A DNA stretch of 58,935 nucleotides, filler included, from Catajapyx aquilonaris (GCA_000934665.2; 4 parts of 4 records of this genome joined end to end with filler, not necessarily neighbours in it); one strand, 5' to 3'; counted from the whole stretch's first letter, positions 26,248-38,359 are shown. Notes: generated by a model from the sequence alone, not told the origin. Program-made: numbers and translations.

Positions 26248-28297
26248 CAAGGGAAGACCGTGTCGTGGCCACTAACGGATTTGGACAAAAATCGCTGAGT
26301 GGGTAAATCACATGCGTAGAATTCGCTGGTGAACGTAAAAACACGCACTGCACAGCCATTTTCGAGATATGAGTGATGACAGTAAGAGTGTCTCCGCTTG
26401 CTCCCTCTTTAGATATTTTATCATCGTTGAAAAAAGTCTTCTAGAACGGCTGTCTGTCTGTCTGTGGACATGTATCAGGGCCTCAACCGCAACAGATAGC
26501 GGCAACCGGTTTTCAGATTTGGATTAAACGTGACCTAAATAGTGTCATGGCCAACTTCCGGTGACCCACCACTTCTGGTTTTCTGGGCTCACTCTATCCA
26601 CACAAGTCTACTTCAGAGTTTGAGACCAATGCCCCAGTCCCATGACGGATAATAGGGGTTCTACTGTAATCTTTTGTTACAACAATTTGTAAATTTAGTC
26701 CGATTAAACTTGAATTAGACTACTTCATTGTCAATGTTACTTTCTTTGGGGGGAAATTACCAATAAAGTTTCATACTTGAAAGAATGAGAAAAATTCACT
26801 TTTAATCACGCCCACGTGATTTGCCACGCTTGTTTTGTCCCCTTCTCCCTCCCGTCTTTTTCTAGTCAAGTTGTCAACATGATTTTATTTTTGGGTGCAC
26901 ATACTGCAATTCAATGTCCTGTGGCACATGCTTTAGTCTAATTAATAAGTTAGTTATAATAAACGCAAGCGATGGGCAATACATACTGGAACATTGATGA
27001 TGAAGTAGTGTAATTGAAGTTTAATCGTACTAAATTTACAAATTGTTGTAACAAAAGATTACAGGAGAACCCCTGTTATCCGTCACGGGACTGGGGCATT
27101 GGTCTCAAACTCTGAAGTAGACTTGTGCGGATAGAGTGAACCCGGAAAGCGGAAGTGGCGGGTCACCGGAAGTTGTCCATGACACCTATTTAGGTCATGT
27201 TTAATCCGAATCCGAAAACCGTTTGCCGCTATCTGTTGCGGTTGAGGCCCTGATACATGTCTACAGACGGACAGACAGAGCCGTTCTATAAGTTTTTTTT
27301 TTTATGATGATAAAAAATCTAAAGAGGGAGCAAGTAGATGCACTATTGAGCGTGCTGGATCTGATGTCACTCATATCTCGAAAATGACTGTGCAGTGCCT
27401 GTTTATACGTTCTCACCAGCAAATTCTACACGTCTGGCGAAAAACGTCTGGCTAGAGGAACATGGCTCTCCTATCTGGCCAATCACAGGCGGGTTCATAT
27501 CATAGCTGATCCGATCTCCTCGTCGGATAACTGCTACTCGGGAGCAGCTACTGCGGTACCGCTCTGGCGCTCTCCGCTATCTTGCTATTGTAGGGCTGTG
27601 GTCATAAATGACATCCGTACTTTCTGGATCCGGATCCGGAGATGCTTTCACCTGTATACGCTGAAGATAGGGCTGTATCCGCAACGAAGGAAGGTTAGGC
27701 TGGGTTAGGTTGGGTTAGTACATCGTACCCTCTACCCCTCTCATACAAACCAGTGAAAATTAATATTCCAGCACTGAAAATATAAACACGCTCGCCCGTC
27801 CCAGTAATTAGTCATTTAACGGGGGAGTATTACCTCCTCGCCATATAAGAACCGGGATCGGAAGGAGCAATCTGTGCAATGACTGGCATGGTGTATTGGT
27901 TAGCGTGCTCGCCTACGGATCACAAGGCTGCAGGTTCGGGCCCCGGCCAGGTTTCTTTTATTCCCCCTCCCTTTTTTCCTCCATCTTTTTCTTTTTCACT
28001 TCCTTCCTCCGTATGTTTATAGAGCAATATATTTATTTAGTACTGCACAGTGCCTTGCAGGAAGTATTATAAGAATGTAAGTCACATGTCATTTTATGGC
28101 GAACATGCAATGATACTGAGTCGTAGAATAGCGCAATAGCTGAGTAGCAGCTACACAGCTTCTATGAGAGGCCCCGTCTCTGATTGGCCGGATAGAAGAG
28201 CCATGTTCCTCTCCCCAGACGTTAGTTACACATGTGATTTACCCATTCAGAGATTTTTGTCCAAGTCCGTGAGTGCCCACGACACGGCCTTCCCTTG
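26248..28297. mobile_element. Nested fold-back elements
   Basis: Outer IR 26248-26313/28231-28297. Inner IR with ~430-bp arms at 26315-26739/26990-27432, carrying a DINE-1/Helentron-like TCTG/TCCG microsatellite. Second inner IR 27443-28223. Confidence 0.8.
27881..27953 (+). pseudogene. tRNA-like head (pseudo-tRNA/SINE head) inside a fold-back element
   Basis: TGGTGTATTGG A box and GGTTCGGGCC degenerate B box; acceptor stem imperfect. Confidence 0.55.
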
Positions 28298-28473
28298 TTA
28301 GTGGATCAGCGAGGCGGTGGCACTCGAAAGATCCACGCAATAAGAAGGCAAGTTGCCAGACCTGTACATTCTGACAAAACGAGGAACATGTGGGACAAGT
28401 CGTGGCATCAGAGTTATAATGTGGAAGATTTAAAAAAGCCATCCTATGTATTTGTATAGCAGTTTGCAGGTTT

Positions 28474-28817
28474 ATAATAATGATATAATAATAATTGGGT
28501 ATTAGGCATACCCCTGAGGGGTTTTCTGCCTTGACCTATATTTTTAACGATGGTACAATTTTTGGGAATCCTATTTTTGAAGCGCCCACGGACAGGATGA
28601 CAGGAGGGGATGTGCAAGTGCAGTGCCTTGTCTGAAATGTGGTCGTTTTGTGAGCTCCCCTGGGTGGATTAGTCTAAGGAAATTCCACCCTAGACGAAGT
28701 TAGGGACGTAACTTAACTCTGCATGAGATGAAGGGGGTGTCCCCGGGCTGGGATCGAACCCGGGACCTTAACATCTGTGGGCGCATACCTTACCGCAGCA
28801 CCACTCCGCCTCCCCTG
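28474..28817 (-). mobile_element. tRNA-derived SINE, family A, copy 3
   Basis: Homologous head and body; 12-bp TSD GTTTGCAGGTTT (28462-28473, 28818-28829); (ATT)n tail. Confidence 0.85.
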
Positions 28818-29833
28818 GTTTGCAGGTTTCTTTTGGCTCTCCTGTAAAATTAGGAAACCGTTGAATTCGTCCTTTTGTCAGATTAACGACGAGATGTAAC
28901 AATACTTCTAAACACATTCTGCTCGCAGGGTTTTATGTCACTACAGCTAACCCCAAAGAGCTTATCTCTTTTCGTGTTGCATCAATTACATTAGATTAAT
29001 ATTTTACAGACTTCATTAACCTCCTCAGACCTGGTGTATTGCAGGCAACACATAATTTATAGTTTGTGTTTCGCGGCATGATCGCAGTTAGAAGCTCCAC
29101 TTTTGGCGCGGAGTGTTCTCTGGGCTCTGTCCTGTTTGGTGGTATCGCTTTTTGGTGAATTCACCTACTAGAGAGGGCTACAGATGGGCTGGAAGATGGC
29201 GGTAGAGTGGGAAGCAAAATATAGCTGATTATTTTGGGGGACTACCTAGTGATTTATTGCAGTGTGGATTAAATTGCTGATAAATGAGTGGGTTCTGCTT
29301 TATAGCCGTAGATTACAGGAATAAGAAATAGAAATGTAGGAATAAGTTGCACGCCAAAGTGGCAGTGGTCTCAAACTGCGACCTGGACTGTGCGGCCATG
29401 GGACCATGGGTTCGAGGGAGCGGTGAGCGAAGTGGTATGGCTTCCAGAATATTGCCAAATAAGCACTGTCAACTTGCAGCGCCCAGGTTTAGCAATAAGT
29501 CGTGGACACCACACGGATAAGGTGCGACAATCTTTTTGCGAGTCATAGTACCACATTATAGAAAGTCAGTTCGCATTTGCACTGATGGAAATACTGGGGA
29601 CTGCTTTCATATTATGTAGCTGCTCGAACCAGTGAATGTGCTGAAAGAGTGGTTCATTAGCCAAAAACTGAAAGTCCAGCCTGCATATTGCTCAAAGAGC
29701 CAGATGATAAGTCAGTGGTATGTGATATTTCCGCATATACTTGCCCAACTGCATGGTAATTCGCTCACCCTGAACATTTGCACCATAGATGAGCAGAAAC
29801 CCACCAATGCGCGAAATTATTGAAGACACAATG

Positions 29834-29933
29834 NNNNNNNNNNNNNNNNNNNNNNNNNNNNNNNNNNNNNNNNNNNNTTAATTAATTAANNNNNNNNNNN
29901 NNNNNNNNNNNNNNNNNNNNNNNNNNNNNNNNN
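29834..29933. other. Artificial contig spacer
   Basis: 44N + TTAATTAATTAA + 44N. Confidence 0.95.
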
Positions 29934-30737
29934 ATAATCTTAATGGAAACTTTTTATCACATCCTGTGTATAACCCCACCACTCCATTTTTTGGGGGTGT
30001 CCCAATATTTTCAGATCAGGGCAAGTATTATTAGTCACTTCCATTTTTGTGGACTATAAAATCAGTACCAGTTGTTATCAAAATCAGAAAAAACGCCCTT
30101 ATAATCTGTGTGGGAGTTTTCGATTATGAAAATCTTGACCTAACGGTACGTTGAAAAGTGTTTTGTCATTCTAAAACGGGATTCAGGTGGTTTTACCCAA
30201 TGAAACTGAGCTAATCACTGATAAGATAACCATCTGTAACTTTTATAGACGTATGCCAGCCCATGCTGTACGTCACTCACTGGTTCATACTGGCTGGTCA
30301 TGTCTGGATGGTAAACTGTAACCTGTAAGGACTTCACTTGTCTTCAGCTTAAAACGAGCAGGCTACATAACCAGTACAACGGAGCTGTAACCTCACAGTA
30401 ACACAGGTAAAATTTACTGCTGCAGTAACTATGTAATGACCCAAACTTTCTTTTGGTCTCTGCTTATGATTGTCATTGTATGTCCGGAACGTAAATTCGT
30501 ACTGATATTGTTACAATTAATTATAGGTTCTTAAGAAGAACATCGAACAATATTCTATTACATTGTATTTTACGTTAACAAGTACCACGTTGACATCATA
30601 TGGTTACATGACATTTGAGATAATCATCTGCATTGATCTTAACGTGTAGGTCAGGTACAGGGGTATCAACAGTGCTGCATAACATGAGCGCGTATCTAAC
30701 AATATTACAGTGTATTTGCAGTTGTAATGCAGCAAAG

Positions 30738-31013
30738 ATGGACATCTACGCAATAACCGTGCCAGAAGAATGCCATCATCATCACACCGAGACAAAGACT
30801 GAATTGTGTTGGTCACCAGTCCATCAGGATCTTCCACCTCCTTACTTCGAGTCAGTTGGAAAGACAATAATTCATGCTGGACCCACATCTGCTGCTGAGC
30901 GGAGTAGAAGACAATCACTGGCGGAGACGAGAGCCTTTTGGGTGTTCCTGGGCATGGTTGTGGTCATCATATTTATAGTTGCAGTCATTATTGCTACCAG
31001 ATTCTCTAACTGA
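30738..31013 (+). CDS. Orphan 91-aa protein with a PPPY motif and a C-terminal transmembrane helix
   Basis: AAGATGG start just after acceptor TTTGCAG (30721); candidate upstream UTR donor CAG|GTAAAA at ~30405. MDIYAITVPEEC...DLPPPYFE...AFWVFLGMVVVIIFIVAVIIATRFSN*. Confidence 0.55.
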   Translation: MDIYAITVPEECHHHHTETKTELCWSPVHQDLPPPYFESVGKTIIHAGPTSAAERSRRQSLAETRAFWVFLGMVVVIIFIVAVIIATRFSN

Positions 31014-31378
31014 TCCATGTCTGTCACTTTTGATAAGCTTACACATTGGTGAAAATAGTAAAACTGCATTATTTTGTTGCAAAATTTGTCTCATTTTTCA
31101 CCTACGATTGGACTGTAAGATATAGAGGAATATGGCTAGTGGTGCCACCTGTCACATTAGATTCAAGTCACGCGCATTTATTAGATCACCAACCATCGAC
31201 AAAACAGCAGCAATTGCCAACATCTGTGCCCCAGTCACTAAGAATGGAAGTAAAATAGTGATTGTGATAGTCAACCCCACATGTTTATTATCTCAAAGTC
31301 CCAAAATGTACATAATCTGCAACATCCAAATATTGCAATCTTGTTCAGTAACAGTTAGGCTGCAAGATTGCAGAACAG

Positions 31379-31681
31379 TTATTCAGTGTTCTGCAGTCTG
31401 TATATCCAAAAAATCACAAACATGAAAAACACGGCCAGTACGACAAACAGGGCGATTCCAATCGCATTCCGCTGCTTCTTAGTCAACTCCGCAATGACAT
31501 GATCTTCTCTCTGTCGCTCCGTCCTGACAACAAATGATGGACCTGGTGTGGACAAGGTGGGTGTGGCACATTTTGTGTCATGTTGTGTCGGATCTTGAAG
31601 GGTGTATATCTTGTAATGGCTGCCATTCTTGTCGCAACACTTGCACTCGCTTCGACGAAAAGTGTTGGCCAAGGAAGGCAT
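31379..31681 (-). CDS. Orphan ~100-aa protein with a C-terminal transmembrane helix
   Basis: ATG just after acceptor TTGTACTTAG (~31695) with an upstream donor GTAAG (~31762). MPSLANTFRRSECKCC...KKQRNAIGIALFVVLAVFFMFVIFWIYRLQNTE*. A truncated duplicate of its 5' part is at 31997-32395. Confidence 0.5.
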   Translation of the reverse strand: MPSLANTFRRSECKCCDKNGSHYKIYTLQDPTQHDTKCATPTLSTPGPSFVVRTERQREDHVIAELTKKQRNAIGIALFVVLAVFFMFVIFWIYRLQNTE

Positions 31682-32144
31682 CGCTTCTAAACTCCTAAGT
31701 ACAAAAGCACGTTTTGTCAAAATGGAGCTGCATTTTTGTACTTATTTTAGCAGCACTTCTTACCTTACACTATTGTTGTACGAGCCGATCTGCCTTCTTC
31801 CTACGTGTGGAATATGGCCATTTTAGACGAATAGGTTTGCAATATCTTATCGACTTATATCAGAGTGGAATAGAAAAATCGTGTCAGTAACAGATAATGG
31901 CTGGTAGGCGGGGGAAAAACCACATTATGTTGATTAGAATGCTATATTATGGTCATACAGTCGACATAGCCACACATAGATGGTGCATCCTACTCGCTGC
32001 AACACTTGCACTCGCTTCGACAAAAAGTCTTGGCCAAGGAAGGCATCTTCAAAAGTTCTAAGTATAAATAATAAAGAGAATGCTCTGTAACATTTGGCAT
32101 TATTTTAGCAGCACGTCTTACCTCACACTCACAGTATTGTTGTA

Positions 32145-32306
32145 CAGTACTGGCCAATAATCGAGGCAACGACTAGCGACATTTTCCCGAAGCGGCAGAA
32201 GAAGGAATCGAAGATAAGCATGCTACAAGCCGGGCGAGCAAGATTCCTTATTCTGCCGCTTCGGGAAAATGTCGCTAGTCGTTGCCTCGATTATTGGCCA
32301 GTACTG
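32145..32306. mobile_element. Tc1/mariner-type palindromic MITE, family H, copy 1
   Basis: TA TSD and ~55-bp near-perfect arms. It is absent from the paralogous segment at ~31775-31780 (empty site). Homolog at 55851-56012. Confidence 0.9.
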
Positions 32307-32889
32307 TACAGTGGTGTATAAATTATGCTATGGTCATTTTAGACTATTTATAGGAAGGGGAAGGTTTGCAGTGTCTTATCGGGTTTATCTCAGGGTGCAC
32401 CCGATAGGCTTTGTAGTCATTTTGATTGCAAATATCAAATAGTATGCTGCAAACGTATAAAAATTTGACACTTTGCTATTGACATAATCTTAAAGAGAAG
32501 GATGCAAAGTAATGACAATCTGAGCAAACAAAATGTGGTTTATTCCTTGACAGAGTGGGACCCATTCTCGAAAAATGAGTAAATGACAGACTGTACATAT
32601 GTTTACACCAAGCAATTTTTTATTTTCTGTTCCGCACCATAATATGATTTCACTGATCATTGTAAGTAAATTAATTTCACAGGTTGCAATATAAACATAC
32701 ACGTATATACATGTCCATAATATTGATTTCAACCAGCAGATGTGTATTTCATTCACTTCCAAAATCTCCCTAAGGTATTCCCTGCCCTAACAACTTTCGT
32801 ATCAATCACCGGGACATACTTATTGTAGTACTTGCTTTACGTCAAATATTATCCTTGCAATAGAACTCGTCACTGACCCACTGACCGTG

Positions 32890-33740
32890 TTACTCCAGAG
32901 CCAGGTCAACCTGATTACCGTACTTTGCCAGTTCGCTCAGATCACGTATAGTTCTGAGTTGGAATGTCCACCAAAATCCCGTCAAAATAAAATTGAGCGT
33001 CTCCGTGTGTCCTGCAGAGGTCTCGTAGCTCTTTCGATTTTCAGTATATTTCCTGATCGTCTCCCACAAATGACCTGTACAGAGGGATAAAGTCGATCTT
33101 ATCATTCAGCACGTAAAACAGATCCTCCATGGCGATGAGTTTCTCAGTCAGCTTTAATGTGCCCCATGCAATGTGAAGTTGTAGCACCTCTGAAGTACCA
33201 GGTGCTTGAGATTGGGACAATTATATCTAATTGCAGACAGGACCTGATCGCTGACGGGCGAGTTGGTCAGGTTAAGTGATATTAACTTGCCCACAACTCG
33301 TGGGCGAGACATAAATTCGTGCAGGGCACGTGTAGAAACGTGTAGTCCTGTCGAGAGGCTTCTCAAGTTTGTGAGCTCAGCGAAGCCTACTTCCAGGTCT
33401 GAGCCCCTCAACCATATGGCCGAAATCAAATGCAGCTCTTCCAACTGCTTGCAACGGGACAAGTTTGGAAATGACAGGCGGCTTAACCAAATAGATGACA
33501 CTCTCAGTATCTTCAGTTGGTGGCCCACGTTCTGGGTCACCGCTCTGAATTCTCTGGACGCTACTGCGTGGCAGATGTCGATTTCCACCAGGTTGGGCCA
33601 TGTCATCTTCAGTGACGGAGGTATATCTGGCATATCACTTAGCTGCCAAGAACCACCAGAACCAATAATCAATTTCGTCATCTGCGCCTGTGGATGCACA
33701 ATTTTCAAAGGACTATGTCTCGACAACGAATAAACAACAT
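32890..33740 (-). pseudogene. Leucine-rich-repeat (FBXL/AMN1-like) gene fragment, apparently frameshifted
   Basis: LRR units WPNLVEIDI, HQLKILRV, CKQLEELHL, LTNLRSLST, KLISLNLTNSPVSDQVLSAIRYNCPNLKHLVLQRC. The frame stops at 33154, while coding-like sequence continues in other frames. Confidence 0.7.
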
Positions 33741-34774
33741 TTATATAGAAGACAAAGTAAAAAAATCTATGGTAAGTTTTATTATTTTGATTCAAACAAG
33801 CAGCATGCTCTCTGTACACTGTACAGTGGTGCATTTAAAACTTGCGAATAGCTCATTTTTGACGGTTTCAAGGGCCATTTTCCGATTATTATCCGTGTGT
33901 ATTATTATCCAGCGACAGAGTTACAGTTTTGCTGATGCTTATTCATTAACCTATCCATCACAGCCTATTACTCTCTATCTCCCTGAGCCCCTGTATATAA
34001 ACTAATTAATATGCAGTCCTACTTACCACAACGTAACGTCGACAAAATGTAAGAGTGATTTGATGTCCAGCGGCGACAGTCTCCGACCGTATAAGAGTAG
34101 AAAGCACAATGCAACTTTTTAAGTCATGCGCAGGAAGTATTTCCACTCGCTAATCTGACTTTCCTGTCGACGCAAACAATCTTATGAGTTATGAGGTACT
34201 GTAAGGAGAGTAATAGTCCATTGTTCTTTCATCAATAAATCCATTTCATGTAGAGCACAGCTCGCAAATATTTTATCAAACTGAAACAAGGTTGAGGGCA
34301 CGCGTCAAACAATGAGAATTATTAACTCCCAACAGAGATAACCACTTGGATGCAGAACACCAGATATTTATTTTACAACTGTTTGGCCAAGGAGAACGAC
34401 CTTTGACTTGATAATCAACTCTTGGCCTCTTTCTCGTGGACTATTCTCCACCATATTAATTATTATTTCAAAGACGATCTCTTCAGTAAAACCTCCTGAA
34501 AGACCAAATGTACGACAATGAATCCACTATACTACTTGTTAGAAATATTCATAAATCGATTCGTTTAAACTGTTTTGCGCAATTTCTTTCCGTTTGGTTA
34601 CGACCACCTTTGCGTCCGCTGCCTTATTTTTGGATAACTTCTTCAATTAGCTTTGAAGTGTTATTCCCTATTCTGTCGCTTATCCTGGATATTTCTCCAG
34701 TGACTCATTTAAGGTTCTCCATGTCATTGTCAATTTTTTATTCTTTTCGATTTTATACTCATGGGCATTGCCCT

Positions 34775-35423
34775 TTAAACTACTCTCACTTCTCCGTGAA
34801 ACTTCAGCCATTTGGGACATCTCGCCTCGCTGATAGCTCTTGTTACATCAAACAAACGCTCGTATACCCTTGGGCGGCCCAAGGGTACAACGTGCGTTTG
34901 TGTGATGTATACCAGATTGGCTTCGTTTTTTTTGCAGTTGGGTGTAATGCTCGTGCTCAGTGCGTCGTTGTGGCCCTTCTTCTTGGCCATCTCGATCAGT
35001 TTCTTTTCCTTTCCTAGCCTGACGCACTAACTCATAGCTCCTTTCTTGACATGTGCTTTGATCTCTTCCATGTCCCCATCCATCAATGGAATGGCGTTGA
35101 GGGGACTTTCCACCAGTTCAGGCACGTCCTCGAGCAGCCAGCGAGCCTCGTGCCAGTGTCCTCCGTTTGCGTCCATCATCAGCTTCCCTTCGCCATTAGA
35201 CCAGTTGAGTGACGAGTGTCTGGTGACTTGGAAAGAGTGAAGGATATTGTTCTACATAGTGCCGAACAAGTGCCTTCACCCCTTCCATTTCTCCAGAAGC
35301 AGCAGCATTTATCAAGGATACTCCAGCATAACCCTCTGCCAAAATAAGCGCCAAGCACAGATAGAAGAACCGACCCCTGTGGAAATGACCTCGTGTAGCG
35401 CAACATAATGTAATTATTTCCAT
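34775..35423 (-). pseudogene. Ankyrin-repeat-like ORF with frameshift and in-frame stop
   Basis: SLINAAASGEMEGVKALVRH and KLMMDANGGHWHEARWLLED match the ankyrin consensus LxxAAxxGHxxxVxxLL. Frame change near 35196 and a stop near 35027. Confidence 0.55.
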
Positions 35424-35489
35424 GTTATACTAGCCTACATACTTGCCAGACACGACATACTGTTGCTCAGCAGGGTGCATTAGTCGTCT

Positions 35490-35940
35490 ATGAAGATCGT
35501 GTCCAAGGCGGACACGTCCATCTGGGTCAATTTGGGACATCCCGCCTCGCCGATAGCTCTTGTTACATCAGAAAAAAAGCACTTGATCAGCTTCTTTTCC
35601 AGCCTGACGCACAGCTCCCTTCTTGACCAGCAGTGCTTTGAGGACACTATCACGTGGTTCGCTGGCTGCTGGAGGACGTGACTGAAATTGAAGGTATTTT
35701 CCGCAGGATTTCAGGGACGTCCTCGATCAGGCAGTGAACCACGTGCCAGTGCCCTCAGTTTGCGGCCATCATGGCAGTGGGGGGGGGCTCCATATATACA
35801 GCTTCCCTTCGCCATCAGACCAGTGTCGAACAAGCGCCTTCACTCTCTCCAGGTCACCTGAAGAAGCATAAGACGTATTCTGCTCCGTCGGGTGATTTGG
35901 AAAGAGCGAAGGCGTAAGGGGACACCATCGGACGGCCATG
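35490..35940 (-). pseudogene. Second, more degraded tandem copy of the ankyrin-like ORF
   Basis: 35530-35570, 35580-35640 and 35715-35850 match 34810-34850, 34993-35060 and 35120-35280 (e.g. MMAAN*GHWHVVHCLIEDVPE). Confidence 0.55.
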
Positions 35941-38106
35941 TTGCAGTGGTCAACTTGCTTCCTTTAACCAGGAAACAGATATGTAAAACCCCCATTTTTT
36001 CTGCGTGACAATCTAGATATGAGGGTATTAGTAATAATACGTCATCTAGTCTACATATTTTAGGTGCGCTTCCCTCTATAGTAAGGCCATTAATGCCTTT
36101 TGTTTATATTTCATTGCTCGCAGCCTCCAAGAAATCATCCTATAGAGAGAAAAATTTTCACGTGAACACCTCATTTCTGCATAACTTGTAGCACAAAATT
36201 ATTTAATTGTGCCACAAATTAATAGTGTCACGTGATAATATAGATGTAGATATAGATCTCCCCAAGCCCCTGAATATAGACTAATGTAATACGCAGGCCT
36301 ACTTACCACAACGTGACGTCGACAAATGTAAGTGATTTGATGTCCACAGCCGGAAGAAGAGTCTCTGGTAAGAGCAGCAGTGAAGGCACATCCAACTATT
36401 CTAAGTCATGCAGAAGATAATCTTACTTTCCTGTCGACGCAAACAATCTTATGAGGTATTGTAAGAAGAATAAAAGACCATTGTTCTTTCCTCAATAATA
36501 ATCAATCAGGAATATTCATTCATATAGAGAACTGCGCAAATACTTTATCAAATATCTGAACCAAGTTTCAGGGGCACACGTCAAACCGTTCATTTTGAAA
36601 GTGCTATAAGAACTATTCTCATTAGGAAATCTCTCACTATCGTCCTATCGACTGCGAATGGCTCTGCATCGAGCTAATAGCAGGATATGCAACTGACGCC
36701 TGATTCGCCTGAGACGCCTGATATAGGACTTGTAATATTTTTGATTGCAAATATCAAACAGTGCGCTCCAGGTATAGAAACTGACCATTTTGCTATTGAC
36801 ATAGAATTGAAGAGAAAAGTGCAATGACAATCTGAGACACCAAAATAATGAAAATATTGTTACGACGACAATACTGTGGCAAAGAATGGGCATGAAGAAA
36901 CATAAAATACGGTATCTCGGACCCTCTCAATTTTTTTTAACGGAAGGTTAAAAGTAAACTATGAGTAGTTGGAGCACACCACACAAAATACCAATCGTCT
37001 GTTCAAAGTTCAGTGTGCGAAGTTGGATTTATCGCCATCAAAATGGACGGCCTTGAGAATTATTATTAACTCCCAACAGAGATAACCACTTGGATGCAGA
37101 ACACCACATATTTATTCTACAATACATATAACCCATTTTTAACAAAAAATATGGCCCACTTTGATATATATAAAAAAAAGTATAAAACGTGTTCACTGAA
37201 CTCTGCTTGTACTTGGTTGGCTCTGACTTCTTCTAAACTTGGATTGTTCTTTGTACATGGATCCGAACGGTTCTGACTCATGACGCTGGTACATCGCACG
37301 ACTTGATTGGTACTTTCGGTAATTCCAATCATCGTAACGAGACTCTTCCAACTGAAGATTTCCGTCGCATCGGTGGTGTCCTTGGAGACAATGCCTGTTG
37401 CGCATATCCATCACCATTGTGTTACCCATGCTGTCCACTCCTGAAGGTGGTCAAGTAATAATGTGCGCCACAGTACAATTTTACACAAATTAATTGTCAA
37501 TAACAAACCAGCGGTGTTGGTTTCCTTTGGTGATTAGTGCAGGTGACACCCAAGCTGTATATACAAAGAAGTGACAGTGGATGCACATCCAGAGTGGTGT
37601 TCTAACAGGCAAGTACTGCGTTGTAACCTACTTATTATCAAGTGCTGATATTTTTGTCGACCTATTAGCCGGTGATAATGCCAGAAGTCAATGTGATATA
37701 TTTTTTTGCGCCTGTCATGAGATCTGACATGTCATTCACACTAGCTGGGACAACATTTGCGACACCTTGTCAGAAATGTGGGCTATACATTGCACATAAA
37801 GCTGGATGCAGATTATTCACATCGGTCAGTTAATTATTTTACAGCTCAGTTACTTAAGAACCACGTGTGCAAAGAGATTCGTCATACTCGAAGCAGGTGA
37901 TAACAATTCAGGTGCTTGGATAATGATCTAATCATTGAAGTGGTAGGGGTAAGTAAGAGGCCTGCAGTTGCTAAGGTGGTAGATACAAAATTGGATCTGG
38001 AAAAGTTCCTAAAGAAAGAAGCTTGTTCACCCCAGCAACCAGTTTAAATATAAGTTTTATCAATTAACATTTACATGTGTTGGTTCTTTACATTTAAACT
38101 GTTCGC

Positions 38107-38359
38107 TAAGATAAACACCAGTGGAGATGCCCTTTTTTTTGCGTTCAACCCTTTAAACTGCATATGCTGACTTCTATAGTTCAATGTTCTATAGTCACAG
38201 ACCTATATAGGCTATGGTTTATCAACCATATTTTGTAAAGATGCCAGAAATTATGGGCTGTAAAATGTAAACATGATTTCCTTTTCCATGCATACATTAG
38301 GCTACAACTGTTGATAACCAACTTGCAAAGTTGGATAAAAGTGCAGTAGGACTTCAATA
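38107..38359 (+). repeat. Direct repeat, copy 1 (copy 2 at 42841-43069)
   Basis: TGGAGATGCCTTTTTTTTGCGT.CAACCCTTTAAACTGCATATG...GTTGGATAAAAGTGCAGT..GACTTCAATA is shared by both copies. Confidence 0.8.

Noticed and set aside
27881..27953. Functional tRNA genes (also ~7150-7229, 52720-52790)
   Set aside because: Broken stems or B box, or continuity with SINE bodies and TSDs
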